From NCBI GenBank assembly GCA_905178155.1, contig CAJINV010000010.1, forward strand, positions 1,571,182 to 1,635,181: a DNA stretch of 64,000 bases. Direction: 5' to 3'. This document shows positions 24,501-36,266 of this stretch, piece after piece. This DNA is from Amoebophrya sp. A120 (Eukaryota > Protista > Dinoflagellata). The position numbers were made by a program, and so were the translations under genes. Position 1 is the stretch's first letter, and every line of letters starts with the position of its first letter. Below the pieces are notes generated by a model, which saw only the letters and a program-made list of their open reading frames with translations, did not search any database and had not been told where the DNA came from.

Positions 24501-24551
24501 GAAGCGGACCTTCTGACCATTCCCGTTATCTGGGAATACTGTGGGTGGTAG
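21528..24551 (+). CDS. Intronless multi-pass membrane protein (1007 aa), family not recognised
   Basis: Uninterrupted ATG-started ORF with many hydrophobic segments (LATYILLPVLCAIV, FYLYYAVFCASPILFGLISYL, LFVFAFLWYAPARVLFIVLPF, LVVSLALILAPLV, LWVSLIVPFVFL, LGLIGACMLYLLLMF). Confidence 0.85.
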   Translation: MAKSPSVGEGALSAGDGQPVPDRTSAAAPSGVLSTQGQIESIKPALLLTADDREDSRLHKDEVLECADADVQAAAQVGPQPAGAASSISGPDDTNKEMINPPTASTSSADLLLKEFLTTLATYILLPVLCAIVSEVLRGTGSLCHLHNGELRQLVWAKNQDQLSAMSTTTGAPTSSPGKNSNGSTFKDGREIAIPDNKWWHMTTSQLYNIAGEFLIWWYIYGLCNCFPVTADAGASFSRASSRQDERASENECDGAGKNQKDLSRSMKLTSPPCRAVTSTNTATVNPMLGKFYLYYAVFCASPILFGLISYLSLEAEAGTNPELFVFAFLWYAPARVLFIVLPFTALAHYCCMPKGRERAPAGGSTASSCCSSFDNDQQEHDAEKKNPATTTSTTSQVLLNTNQLTKRRISTGAYRICMFALNTFIINGLTMFIVTVIPQLFAVLQKQSFVVSTFGEVVVTGMFFSVFLPACEKFSGAYTLPRVSPTVQEFVDMGYSVEIARRTAEERRAFLVTGYNYFFDVARFVFGRGILLKLSTHTIALVIFRDIVYHMWHFGFRQQESLVLFTTKIGAMQHAAEDDEEQALLQNYMPPSWQFISKVCFQLQRISQFNRHLSVAFEQTYDFRASSKYAEEILAQAIPTSQEYGTTGQEPSFGKKDATLKKANGTTATPPTSKNKTKPIPLDTIRTHFANIRITLRNVPRNVWHLLFHNDQNFSHGAVQVLRDNCEGPAGQKRDAKSGGRQQGENSSNVLLHDCDGDEKAMTMEKAAAGAAAATTTRTSSPSVLDSEFMHDAIVPGTTESQDTIMFAAKQKSCDSRGTRSSDLRRGRLFSPPVSTAELLAFKGFTKFYRQQNFLRYQIRIQIRLVVSLALILAPLVSSLTNVYYSLGFPQDERELWVSLIVPFVFLCEDLIEWYVVTFRLTLFNQKQVVDLVPPFLRFYEKRHPLARNFRLGLIGACMLYLLLMFQNRYPTLRFNLVDKIGAETGWEKHEADLLTIPVIWEYCGW

Positions 24552-25926
24552 TTGTTCTGAGCAACAATGCCGCGGAGGCGGAGCCGGAGTAAGGCTTCAA
24601 ATTTTGTGTATCACATTGTTCGATTTCATTTTCTCCAATTTTGTTCTCGTGCAAAGATGGCATTTTCCGCTATTATTTGAGTACACAAGAATTTAGTAGA
24701 TGAAAAAGTATATACTTACAACTACAGTGATCCATGAATAACAGAAACAGTATGAGAGACCACATGACGATCACTTCATTAGCCCAGTAGTTGTAAGTAC
24801 GCATGCAGGATATTGTTCTCGACTACAGTGTACATTTTTAACAAGCAGCATGTATTTACAATAGCCATGAAATAATTCGAGTACAAATTATTTGGTTATG
24901 AGTTGTGCCCATGCTATAACATGAGTGACCAGAACAAGCAGAAATTAGGAAAAAAATCTCGGGTAAAAACAAAAACTGTCGTGTATGCGACCATGCAGAT
25001 ATTACTTATCGCCTCGCTCTTGCTCTAGTATCACGACCATAAAATAAATCAGTAAACATAAAGCACATGAGAAGAATAATTTAAGTGAAATACGAAAACT
25101 CTGTATATGGTGATATTAACTGATGTGGTGCCGATTGAAATTGATTTCGATCCAGCAAGCGTTTCTCCTTCGTTCTGCGACTTGTTCTTCGTGACCCAAA
25201 TCCAATGGGTCACGACCGGACGAGTGGACTTGTAGCTGCTTCTGCTCGGGATCTTCACTGTGATAAAACTCCCAGGGTCATCTATATAGAGCACGATTCT
25301 GCTACCCAGGTCATCATCAACTCTGCTCCCTTATTTCTGCTGGCAGACATAGATCAGAGAGGCACATTGCCCCCTACAACTACAGGCAAGGTACATTGCT
25401 CTCGTCGGCTCGTTCTCATGTTGCTGTGGTGGCACGAGACACCTTCCTGTACGTCGTTCCGTAGCGACTGTATACACTTTAGTGAGCCGAGTACAGCGGA
25501 CAGGATCCTTTGTTGTGACTTCTCTTCTTTTCAAGAGATGCAGCCTTTTTCTGCGGATCATATAGATCGATCATGACAGTCGTCTACTGAAGTAGATCCT
25601 GCCGAAAGCGATCCTCGTTTCAGCATTCGCATTGCCGTCGGCAAAATACTCGAAGAGCAGAAGATATTTTGCTTTCGATTCTGGTCCTCTTCCCGCCTTT
25701 CCGCGCGTAATTTATGTCCGCCAGCCTCTGTGAGATAAACAAAAACATTCCAACAAAATCTATATTTTTCATTTGGATAATGAGTAGTTCCCCTTGTTAG
25801 TGCAAACTCTCAATTTTTGCGAAACAAGTTGAGCAGTGTTGATTTCTTTTCCCTCAACTCTGTTTATTTGTGTGGTGGTCTAACTAGGTGTTTTCTCGGG
25901 AGAATTTACCCCAGTTTGAGTTCATC

Positions 25927-28764
25927 ATGCGAAAAATCCGCAGTCCACCGCAAGAGCACCACGCTCCACCGGCACGTCCGTGGTGGAAGCAACACCTTGC
26001 GCGTCTCTGTGGAAAAAAGATTCTGTACCCGGGGGGCATCTGTCTCCAAGCAATAGTTGCTTCAGCTGTTCACAGCAACTACTTGCGAACGGACATTCCA
26101 ACGTTTATCAATGAACCGGATGAGCCGACGGACGCAACGGTACTTTAGGAGCAGGAAGGGATCATGTCAATACGTCGTGATATAGCTACTGGTGCATGAC
26201 CATGAGAGCAACATCGCTACTTGTTTCCGCGGTTATTGTTTCATACAAATTTGATAGAAAAAACCTCTTCATCCCCAGGTAATTTACCTCCACCCGCTCG
26301 GTGGCGGCGGAGGGCGAAATGGCGATCAGCAGGCCATGGAGATGTTTGAATGGTTCGAGAACAACCAGCAAAAAAAATTTGGGAACAACGGAGCTGCAGG
26401 AACCAAAAATTACAACATCAAAATCCTGGCCCCGATCGCCCGGACCAAGCGCTCTTCCGGGCGGAGTCCTAGTTGGTACCATTATTACAATATCCTGTGC
26501 AAAAGTATCGTACTCGTATTGCAATCATGCATTGCAAATCCTTTACCTGAGATCAATCCGCATTACAAATTTCATTTCTCATGCTGAGGAAATTTGTAAT
26601 GCATTTATACGAGTGCGATACTTATGCAGTTCATATACAATTACGATACCGAGCCGGATAATCGAGATATCGAGTGGACCGATGTGGAGGGAGCGACGTT
26701 GGAAATCGCGGAACTGATTCGGGAGGAGCAGGAGGACCGAGGAAATTTGCGGTACTTGCACGAATTGAAAGCACAACAACAGCGCGGGAGCGGTGGAGGA
26801 ACCGCTTCAGCTTCTTCCTCTTCAGGGGACTTCCATAGTCGACCAATGATCAATACCATGGGCGCTAATTTGGGCATCATAGGTCGTGGAGCTGGAGCTA
26901 CAACCTCTTCGTCATCTGCCTCGAGCAGTAGCGCCGCTGGTGGCCCCGCTAGTGCCGCAACAAGCACCGGACCAGTAGTTGCAACCACTACAGCGTCCTC
27001 CACGCAGACCAGCTCTACTCCCGCTCATCATGCGGAGCAAAAGCAAGATTCCCGACCCTACCCGGTTTTCCTCTGTGGGATTTCGCAGGGCGGGGTGATG
27101 GCCCTGCACATTGGGGTTGCAGCGGCGCTGTTGCACGAGAATCCAGTCATATATGCTCTGCAAAAGTATCGTACTCGTACTAATTGCAAATAGGCATGAC
27201 AAATCTTTTTCCGAAGTGAAAACAGAATTACAAATTGCATTTGTCGTGCTGAGCTAATTTGTAATGCAATTTTTACTAGTACTCCGATACTTTTGCAATG
27301 CATATCATACCCGCGGGGGTTATTTCCTACCACGCCATGCCACATCGACTGTCGGTGTCGGATTACATTATGCCTTTGATGAAAAATTGGCAGAACCGAC
27401 TTCTTCTCACCGCCGCGGAGGCAGCGAGCAGTAGTGGCGGAGGTGATCATGCTGCTGCTGCGGCATCTTCCTCGTCGGCAGGAACAGGAAGTGGAGTAGA
27501 AATGAACCATGTTGCGCAAAAGCAGGCCATCATTTTCCACGGCGAAGAAGATGCTGAAGCCGCGGCTCTGCGACTCCCCCCACCCCCGACGACCACTGTC
27601 CGCGCGATGTCGATCGACGAGGAGGATGAAAATGCTGCAACTACCGCTGCTGCTGCCCACATTGCGGCGCAACCGACACCGGCAGGGCAGGAGGCGGCGC
27701 AGATGGGCAGCGAAGATCAGGATGTGGGTTCATCCAACAACGTTACCATGACAACTGGCAGAAGTAGTACAAGCGGCGTTGCACCAGAAACCTCCGCAGG
27801 AACAACGAGCACGGGAAGTGTAAGTGAGCAAGATCTAGCTCGTCCGGCGTTTCTCGGACAGGATGGCTTTGAACATCAAGATGGGAACTATCCACAGTAA
27901 ATTTCCCGTACACGTACAAATGCAGTCTCTGCATGACAAAACTTGCCTTCAGTCCTAGTCTAGCATGACAAGTTGGACACTGCAAGTTGGCGAAATTTGT
28001 CATGCATTTTGTACATCATTTACGGAAAATTTACATTGCATAGGAACGGTACAGACCACACTGACAGTGACATACAGGATGTGGAGATGAATGAAGACGA
28101 ACCAGATCCCGAGGACGAAGAGGAGGATGGTGAGGACCGGCGACGCGGAAGGGCTGGTGCTCATCGAGGCTTTTTAGCCGCTGGGGGCCGGGGCGCGCCG
28201 GGTGCTAGAAGCAACACTTCTGGTGCACAACAACCGCCCCGGCGACCTGCTGGATTTGCGTTGCAGCCCGTGCTGGCTGCAGAAGGCGAGGACAGAGGTG
28301 GAAATGACGGGGAAGACATGGACGACGATGAGCAAAACCCACCGAATGCGAACCCAGAACATCAACAGGTCCAGGCGGCACACCCGACCACCTCGACTGC
28401 GAGCACCACACCGCTGAGCGTTCCTTTTCCGCCGGCAGCGGAGTCGGTCACGAATCTTCCTGGCTCTCCTACACGACCCCAGCAAATAAACGGTCAACAA
28501 CTATCCTCCCTTCCCGCACTAAGTTCCCCCTGGCGGCAGATTCCGGTCCGTATGTACGCCAGTAGACGCGACGGCATCTTTCCGGGAGATTTTGTAAAGC
28601 AGAAAGCGGACGACTTGTTCCTGAATAAGCTGGAAATGACGGACTACAAGATTACCATCCAGCCGGACAAACAGCACGCGGATCCGTCCGGACCAAAAAC
28701 GCTGGCGGAAAACATTTTCAACCTGCTGCGCCAACGGGACGCGGACGCAAAATTTTTACCGTAG
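25927..28764 (+). CDS. Phospholipase/carboxylesterase family alpha/beta hydrolase (acyl-protein thioesterase/LYPLA-like), ~743 aa
   Basis: Exons 25927-26139, 26279-26490, 26641-27151, 27310-27888, 28048-28764 in frame. Motifs ATVIYLHPLG (cf. ATVIFLHGLG), KILAPIA...PSWY, nucleophile elbow VFLCGISQGG, candidate Asp (ASRRDGIFP) and His (DKQHA). Confidence 0.85.
26140..26278 (+). other. Canonical GT-AG intron
   Basis: ACG|gtacttt...ccccag|GTA; removal creates the ATVIYLHPLG motif. Confidence 0.85.
26491..26635. mobile_element. TIR introner, family B
   Basis: tatcctgtgcaaaagtatcgtactcgtat...atacgagtgcgatacttatgcagttcata; DR tacaa. Confidence 0.92.
27152..27304. mobile_element. TIR introner, family B
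   Basis: tatgctctgcaaaagtatcg...cgatacttttgcaatgcata; DR tcata. Confidence 0.92.
27889..28042. mobile_element. TIR introner, family F
   Basis: tatccacagtaaatttcccgta...tacggaaaatttacattgcata; DR ggaac. Confidence 0.92.
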
Positions 28765-30652
28765 GCGGAGGGAAAAGGCTGTAGCAGTATGTGTACGAAA
28801 TAGAGTCGTAGGCAAAGCTCTTTGTCATGCGGCTGCACGGGACTAACAAAATGAAAATTCGCTTCAAGCAAGACTCGTGCTGTAAGATCTACTACAGAGT
28901 GGCTCCTGGTGTTACAGGAAGTAGGACGAGCGCTCGACGCAGATGACATTAATAAGAATCAGATGAAGATAAAGCCCGATTTTGAAGCAGCACTAGTAGC
29001 AAGAACTCGGGCGGTTGTTCTACACCAGGTCTACGACGCTATCCAATTTTGAGCCTCCAGTATCCTGGAGGACACAAAAATTCGTCTGTGTCTGTCTCTG
29101 TGTTTGCACCGAGGCTGCGGCGCTTAGGAGTAGATCTTTTTCATCATGGATGGTCGACTGCAAGTGGAAATACAAATAGAAAATGAAAGCATATACCAAT
29201 GAGGCTCGCCTCCTTTTCATCTCCCCACAACTTGTTCGGCCTACACAAAAATCTGATTATGCAGTGAGACTGCACGGATGAATGTCTTTCAACACTGGCA
29301 TAGCGGTAAACCCAGCAGCAGAACGTCCGGCCGTAAAAGCGCGCGTCGGGAACAACAGCGAGAGATCTACGACTGCGACGGTAACTTAGCGCTGCGCCAC
29401 TGCTGCTGTGCGCGACGGGATAAGGATGATCAGTAGGATCGTCTAGACTACGGTGAACAAGATGTTTTTTTTTTGTTTTGTTTTGCGAATGGTAACCATT
29501 TTACGCCTTAGCAGGCTCGCCTGTTTTAATACAAGAAGTGGCACGATCATATTAAGAGATGAGGTTACAGCAATAGTATTTGAAGAGAAGTCTTTTTTGA
29601 AAAGCAAATAGAGGTTTATAAGTGGGACCTCGTCCCCGGGACAAGGCGCAAGTAAAGATCCGAAAAATTTCAGCAGCAAGAAAATAAAACTTTTAGAAGC
29701 AGACTGGTCCTATCGTTATAGAAGAGGTTTTTATCTCCTTGTAAAAGAATCCTTATCTTATCCTTACTCGATCATAGTGCGCTAATTACCGTGGGAAAAA
29801 AAGCAGTAAGTAAAGGTAAAGCGAGAAGCGAAACAGACGAACTCACGAGGAAAGAAACTCTGAACAGGACGAAATGTTGCGTAGCCCGTGCGGTTTTTCC
29901 CAACCGCCCGATAGATAGATAGATAGAAACAGAATGCGAATGAGCAAAGTGATCGCGGATTCTATTTTCCTGAGAATACAGTGAAAATTTGGTTTGATTA
30001 CTTACAGCTTTCAAAAGTAGAATCGACACGGATTATATATCAACCTCTCTTGAGCGGAAGCGGTTTCCTATTCAAGATGACGAGGAACGTGGCTATTTGT
30101 GACGTCACAAATACCACAGACGATGACTTTTTTTGCGCTAAAACGAACAACTGCATTTTGGATGAATTGTAGCTGCGACGTGGAGGGTGCATGTGCAGCA
30201 ACTGCTATTTGATGCTGACGACCGAAATATGGGACGAGTCTTGAACGTCATAACCCTAAGCTCCTGCTTCAACTATAACACGTTCACGTTGTTCGTTTAC
30301 TGAGTGGAAAAGAATCTCTCACCGCAAATCTTAGTGGTGCAAACGCAGAGGGAAGATTTTGACTTTGTGAAATAACATCATGACGTGGAGAGACCATACT
30401 ACCAGGAGAGCAGAGTCAACAAGTTCACGAGTCTGCAACTGCGTTGTGGTCCTACGTGTTACCTCCAAGATCATCTGATATGTTTTTCTTGTTGAAGAAG
30501 AGCGCGAAGTAAAATATCATTGACGGGTAATTTTTACGGCGACGAGTCACAAGAAGTGGAAGAGGCTTCAGATCTTGATCTGCAAAGCCAAAATATAAGA
30601 TCCATGTAGAAAAGAATCCAAACTGTTTAGCAAAGAACGAAAGCAGAACCAA

Positions 30653-33606
30653 ATGGCTCAACTGCAGAACGAGGGCCGCGGAGACCAGGCCGCGGCCGGT
30701 CGGAACAACAATGACAACAGCGGCACCGTTTGGCGCGTGACGCAGTTCTTCCTGCTTTGTTTTCTCGGGTTCACCTTTGGCTACGGGTTCTTGGAAGACT
30801 TCGTTCCTATGGCGTTCTCAACCGTTGCGTTCTTAGCTGTTACATGGATTTGTAATGCAAGAACAGCAACAGTAAAAGTGGCAACATTGCAGCTTTCGCA
30901 TCACAGATTTGCCACAGATTATCACGCTGCTTAGCCCTTCGAAAATTTGTCATGCTAAGCACCTTGATCGAGTGGAGGCTGATGGCAGTTTTGCATGACA
31001 AATCCGTGTAACAAGTGAGAATGTAACAGTTGAGAGCGCCATAAATCCAGAGGCCTGGTTGCAGCATGTGCCCGACTTTTTTCTGCCCTGGGAAAAGGGG
31101 GAGGAATGGTTTGGCATATTATTTGGAACATCTTCAAGAAGTGATGTGGGAAATGATGTAAACGGCCAGGAAGGTGCAGCAGCTCAAGGTGAAACATCTA
31201 CTTCTACCGGAACTACAACTCCGCAGAACTACGGTCTGTACACCATTCTTGGCATGTTGTTCCTCATTTTCTCGCTTTCGATGTATGTCGAAAGCACGTC
31301 GCTGCGCATTCGGGCGAGGCAGGAAGCCGAAGGGTATGTGGTGACCAGAAGTGAGACGCACCAGCATTTGCAACAGCGCGAGCAGCAGTCGAGTAGCAAA
31401 ATGAATGGTGCCAGCTCGGTGCACACCGGTCGTTGTACTAGTGCGGGAAACAGCAGCACGAGCAGCGTTGCATCAAAAGCGTCTAGTAGTTCTCGCGGCG
31501 ATCCAGCGCAACCAACCAGGGCTACGTTGACGTCCACGACGACGGCCACAAAAGCAGGCACAACTGCCCAAGCGGAAAGGTCTCACATGTACTACTTCGA
31601 TGTTCTGCTGAAAATCTTCCGCACCGTATGACAATGCACAACTCCCTACTCGTCATGCAAAACCCCAAATCCTGTTGGCTTGGGGCCTCGTGGCACTGTT
31701 TGCATTCCTCAAGCCGAAACAGTACTACACTCGGCGCGCGAACTTGTCACGCACAGGCTCCATGTGTGTTGCTGGTTGTGATGCTGTTCATGCCATACAA
31801 ATGAGGGTGACGGGGAGGTGTGCTCTATCATACGCCATCTCCTCCCACTGCAGTCGGAGGAACAACAGCCGAGACCAGATTGATTTCACGAAGCAGAGCT
31901 TGTATCCTGCGCAAAAATTGTACTGATCACAGTTATGCATGACAAAATTCAACTTTCTAGCCGAATTAGTATTAGAATGACAAGTTGCACTTCCATTTCT
32001 GTTCTTGAGAAAATTTGTAATGCAATTCATAGTCATACCAGTATGATACTGTTGCGATGCATAGCTCCAAATACTGGCTCCGAATCCGGCGGTCCGGCCT
32101 GACCTACAAAGACCCGTTCTGGCGAGACCAAGCGAACAAGAAACCGCGTGCCATGTGCATGAGCGACGGGAACAACTACTGCCTCTTCAGCAGGAACGAT
32201 CGGCACCACCCGAGGATTATGGTGAAGTGTTTCTTCAAGAAATTGTGGAAGAGGTGCCAATATGCACTGCAAAAGTATCGTACTAATGTAAATCGCATGA
32301 AAAAATTCCTCAGCGTGAGAAATGAAATTTGAAGTGCAAGTGCGAATTTAACCTGGCAAAAAAAATTGTAATGCATAAATGCGATTAGTACGAGTGTGAT
32401 ACTTTCGCAATGCATAGCCAAGAATTCGCTCTGAACGCAAAGTACGTTCACTGTCACGACCTATGAATTGCAAAGTCATATTTCTGGTTCTGGAGAAGTG
32501 CAGCTTGTGTTGCGTACTATCTAGGGTGCCTGTAAAATGATCAATGATCTTCTGTGTTTGTCATGAAGAAACGTCACTTGTCATGGAAATGGATGCTTGC
32601 AACGCTCCAAAGGACGTTGTAAAAATTTGTCATGCTTGGCTGCAAGTACAAGAATAGAAGTGTTTCCCGCATTCGCAACTCAGCACCACAGGTTTATAAT
32701 TCCAGACCCAGAAATAGTCGCTCTGCAACTGCATAAAACCGGGACGTGAGCAACAACGGGTCCGACGAACGGTGCAATTTCAATTTGCCAGACCACATTT
32801 ACCTGAACGAACTTCGAACAAAATGTGGCTTTTCCAAACGACAGTACCAGAACCTCTGGCGGCTTACCGGACCGCTCGCGACGCTATCAACTGCAAAAAA
32901 TACTCGCTTGGGTCCTCTGGAGTAGTACTGTACAACTTGCAAGAATGCTGAAGTCCTGTACATCAGCTCCCGAAGTTTGTAATGCATGTTGCAGAAAAAT
33001 ACCAGCGTTGATGTTCTTTCTCTGTCATGCAAGAACGCAGTTTCTTAATGCGCGCGCTCCGCACCAGCAAAGGCCCAGATGACATATTTGCAACGCATAG
33101 TAGCTTTTCCTGGTGAAGCAGGGAAGACGGGACCCACCGCTCTGGAACTTTGACTGCGCGACCGTATCGAGGAAAAAATGACACTGTGTGACTGTAACAA
33201 GTTTGTAAATGCAAAACATGCAAAGCATCTACGCTTGTAGTTATGCCGGATAAACATGAACTTCTTCTCCGTTTCCTGCTATGCGTTTTCACGTACAAGT
33301 TTATGTTGCATTGAGTCAGGCTTTGGCTACTTTATTCTGAATCATTATAAACAAGAACAAATTTGTCATGCTCTGAGCACTTTGCTGGAGTTTGTTACAC
33401 TAAAACCGTTTTTTCCAACTGCATAGACCGTCACGGGGGATTACCACGGGAATGTCTTGCAGACCGGCCCGCTCCGGCCCAGCCGCACCTTCGGATGCTT
33501 GCAGAGGCACTGGGAAAGCCGGATTTGGTATTTGGAAAACGAGGGAGTGGAGGGGGTCAAGATATTTCGATGGGACAAAGAGAAAGACTGGGGTGTGAAA
33601 GAATAG
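30653..33606 (+). CDS. Hypothetical membrane-anchored protein (~469 aa) with 7 introners
   Basis: Exons 30653-30807, 31049-31626, 31838-31902, 32069-32260, 32422-32461, 32741-32884, 33105-33164, 33431-33606 join without stops (1,410 nt). Two hydrophobic segments (FFLLCFLGFTFGYGF, LYTILGMLFLIFSL). Confidence 0.8.
30808..31043. mobile_element. TIR introner, family D (inverted relative to 3223/54799)
   Basis: tatggcgttctcaaccgttgc...gtaacagttgagagcgccata; DR gttcc/aatcc. Confidence 0.85.
31627..31832. mobile_element. TIR introner (singleton family)
   Basis: tatgacaatgcacaactccc...gggaggtgtgctctatcata; DR caccg/cgcca; frame restored. Confidence 0.8.
31903..32063. mobile_element. TIR introner, family B (diverged)
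   Basis: tatcctgcgcaaaaattgtactg...cagtatgatactgttgcgatgcata; DR gcttg/gctcc. Confidence 0.8.
32261..32416. mobile_element. TIR introner, family B
   Basis: tatgcactgcaaaagtatc...gatactttcgcaatgcata; DR gccaa. Confidence 0.92.
32462..32735. mobile_element. TIR introner, A-related
   Basis: tatgaattgcaaagtcatatttctggttctgga...tccagacccagaaatagtcgctctgcaactgcata; DR cgacc/aaacc. Confidence 0.82.
32885..33099. mobile_element. TIR introner (diverged)
   Basis: tatcaactgcaaaaaatactcgcttgggtcc...ggcccagatgacatatttgcaacgcata; DR gacgc/gtagc; frame restored. Confidence 0.75.
33165..33425. mobile_element. TIR introner, I-related
   Basis: tatcgaggaaaaaatg...cgttttttccaactgcata; DR gaccg. Confidence 0.85.
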
Positions 33607-34754
33607 AAAAGTGGTGAAGTGAATTAATATGAGATGTAGCTAGTTGTTCTGCTTCTGCATCTGCTAGTTGAAGACATGCTCTTCTGTTTTCAAGCCTTTA
33701 TGTACCAATGGCGCAATTCACTCCTGAATTCCACTAACTTAATTCAGAACTACGATAGTGGTGCAATGCTGAGTCTATTTTTCCGAGAGAGGTTCACTTT
33801 TGTAGTTTTCAGGTTGCGTGAAACTATGAGGTTACCCGTACAACAAGAAGGTCTACAAACGCGTACACGGTTTTTTTTTTTCCGCTAACAGTGATATCGT
33901 CCGAATTTGTTTCACCGTTTAGAAGTTTCTGTCAAGAACTTTTATGGCGACGAAGATTTTTGCCGCGGCCTTCCATTCTTCGTCCAAGACCACTCTGAAC
34001 TTATTTGATTGATTTGCTACTGCTTTTGAATTGTCTGCTGAAAGTAAAACCACTACGACACAGCAAGATCACCCATTTCTCATGGGAGAAATCTGAAAAA
34101 AAAAATGATGTTATTTGGTTTGCGAACTTATTTCACGCACTGCTTTTCGAAAAATTCAGCCGCTTCTTCTCCAGACAAGTTTTTGCCATTGGTTCCGCTT
34201 CTGTGGGACCTTGACAGGTGGTGGAACGCGATGCGACTATAATCCGCGCGTTGGGAAAAGCAGTGCGACGCTGAAATTGGGCCGCTAGCAAGTGACTTAA
34301 GACAAAGAGCGACCAACAGAGCGAACCCTCTAAATGAGCGACGACGGATGTGTCTCTATCGTGAGAATAAAGAAAAATGTCGTGGAATAAGACAAAAGAA
34401 ATTATACGAAGAATATACTCAAGAAACATCTTCGAGTACTGTTGGGGACTGTCGCAGACATGTGCAAAATGCTTCGCGGGAGGACCGCGGGGCCAACGAC
34501 GCGCTCACCTGGTCAAGGTGATGGCGGACGGACAGGGCCGGCTAGCCCTGACCTTTTGATGTAATTAAAGGCAAAGCCTCTGCCACAGCCTTAATAGATG
34601 CAGTTACGAAGCCTGGAGTCGTCATGAAGATGCTGACTCCAGGCTGCTGCGCGTGCATTCAGAGGTCCACTGTGGCAGCTACCAAGCCTATCTGGGGGCC
34701 ATTTGGGTAGATATCAAGCGGGGGTGAGAGGGCATCGGGGCAGCTTTTTGGGTT

Positions 34755-34920
34755 GGTGACACGAGTGGTGACACGGGGCGGTGACACGGAGCCAAAAAAA
34801 TCGCGAATTTCGTGTCACCACGAGCTGTGACAGTCGATGGTGACACCAGAAATCGCCCCGGTGACAGCCGACTTGTGCTCCGTGTCACCGGGCTCGATTT
34901 TGAGCCCGGTGACACCAAGA
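34755..34920. repeat. Cluster of GTGACA(C)/GTGTCAC motifs in both orientations
   Basis: About 9 copies in ~165 bp (ggtgacacgagtggtgacacggggcggtgacacgg ... cgtgtcacc ... ggtgacacc). Confidence 0.75.
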
Positions 34921-35363
34921 GTGCCACCGTGTTTAGCTCTCAAACTTGGCCGAAATTATCGGAATCTCGGGAATTCTGACACTTTGGCGAATTTTTTGCC
35001 AAAAAGTCAGCTTTTTCCCGGATTCCAAAAAAGCAGAAAAGTGTCAATGTGGTTTGACTTGATAGGGTGGGGGTTGTGGGCGTGCCTAGGGCACAAACAC
35101 GCTATAGCCTGTTTAAATCTGCCCAAATGTGTGAGCTGTTGGGCGCCGCGTTTAGCCTCCCTGCGCCGGGCAGCCGGCCGAAAAGAAAACGACGCCAATC
35201 CCTCCACCCGACGCCTCTATATTGGCGATCCTTTCCGCGGCAAACTGCTCGCGTGTCACCAGAAAGTCACCACATACATTTCTGACGGGTGTCCAAGCTC
35301 TAAAGGACCGCGGGGCCAACGACGCGCTCACCTGGTCAAGGTGATGGCGCGACAGGCGCTGCG

Positions 35364-35776
35364 TCTTCTTCTGAACAAGCGAATACTGTCCAGCAAAGGG
35401 CGGAAATCGAGATGGGTGGTTCTATATGCACTGTAAATATGTCTGGGTCTGGAAGGATGCAACTTGCAATGCTGTCTGCGAATTCTAAAAGTATCTGTGT
35501 TGCATGAGCAGCAAGAGCAGGAGTCAGTTCTTGGCATGCAGAGATTGCGTTTCTCATGCGTGATTGGCATCAAGAAGGCTCTCAAAAAATCTGTGACGCT
35601 AGCACCAGCATCACAGACCTCACGGGTCACGCAAAATGTGCATGACAAGCTCCGATTCTTCCAGACCCAGGAGACATATTTGCATTTCATATTCTATGGA
35701 GCTGAGCGAGTTACCATACTTGAAAAACGTCATGAATTTGTATCAATGCAAGCCGCAGCTTCAGCCTCAGTGGGGG
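35364..35776 (+). pseudogene. Diverged fragment of the giant gene (matches ~18132-18340) carrying an extra introner
   Basis: aacaagcgaa.actgtccagcaaag.gcggaa...gagatgggtggttcta / tggag.tgagcgagttaccatacttgaaaaacgtcatgaa / tgtatcaatgcaagccgcagcttcagcctca are shared, with substitutions and deletions. Confidence 0.85.
35425..35691. mobile_element. TIR introner, family A; the homologous site at 18189-18193 is empty
   Basis: tatgcactgtaaatatgtctgggtctggaag...cttccagacccaggagacatatttgcatttcata; DR ttcta. Confidence 0.93.
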
Positions 35777-36266
35777 CAGCGGGCGTAACGGTACAACAGC
35801 AAGAGATCTACGACTGGAAATCGCGGAACTGATTCGGGAGGAGCAGGAGGACCGAGGAAATTTGCGGTACTTGCACGAATTGAAAGCACAAAAACAGCGC
35901 GGGAGCGGTGGAGGAACCGCTTCAGCTTCTTCCTCTTCAGGGGACTTCCATAGTCGACCAATGATCAATACCATGGGCGCTAATTTGGGCATCATAGGTC
36001 GTGGAGCTGGAGCTACAACCTCTTCGTCATCTGCCTCGAGCAGTAGCGCCGCTGGTGGCCCCGCTAGTGCCGCAACAAGCACCGGACCAGTAGTTGCAAC
36101 CACTACAGCGTCCTCCACGCAGACCAGCTCTACTCCCGCTCATCATGCGGAGCAAAAGCAAGATTCCCGACCCTACCCGGTTTTCCTCTGTGGGATTTCG
36201 CAGGGCGGGGTGATGGCCCTGCACATTGGGGTTGCAGCGGCGCTGTTGCACGAGAATCCAGTCATA

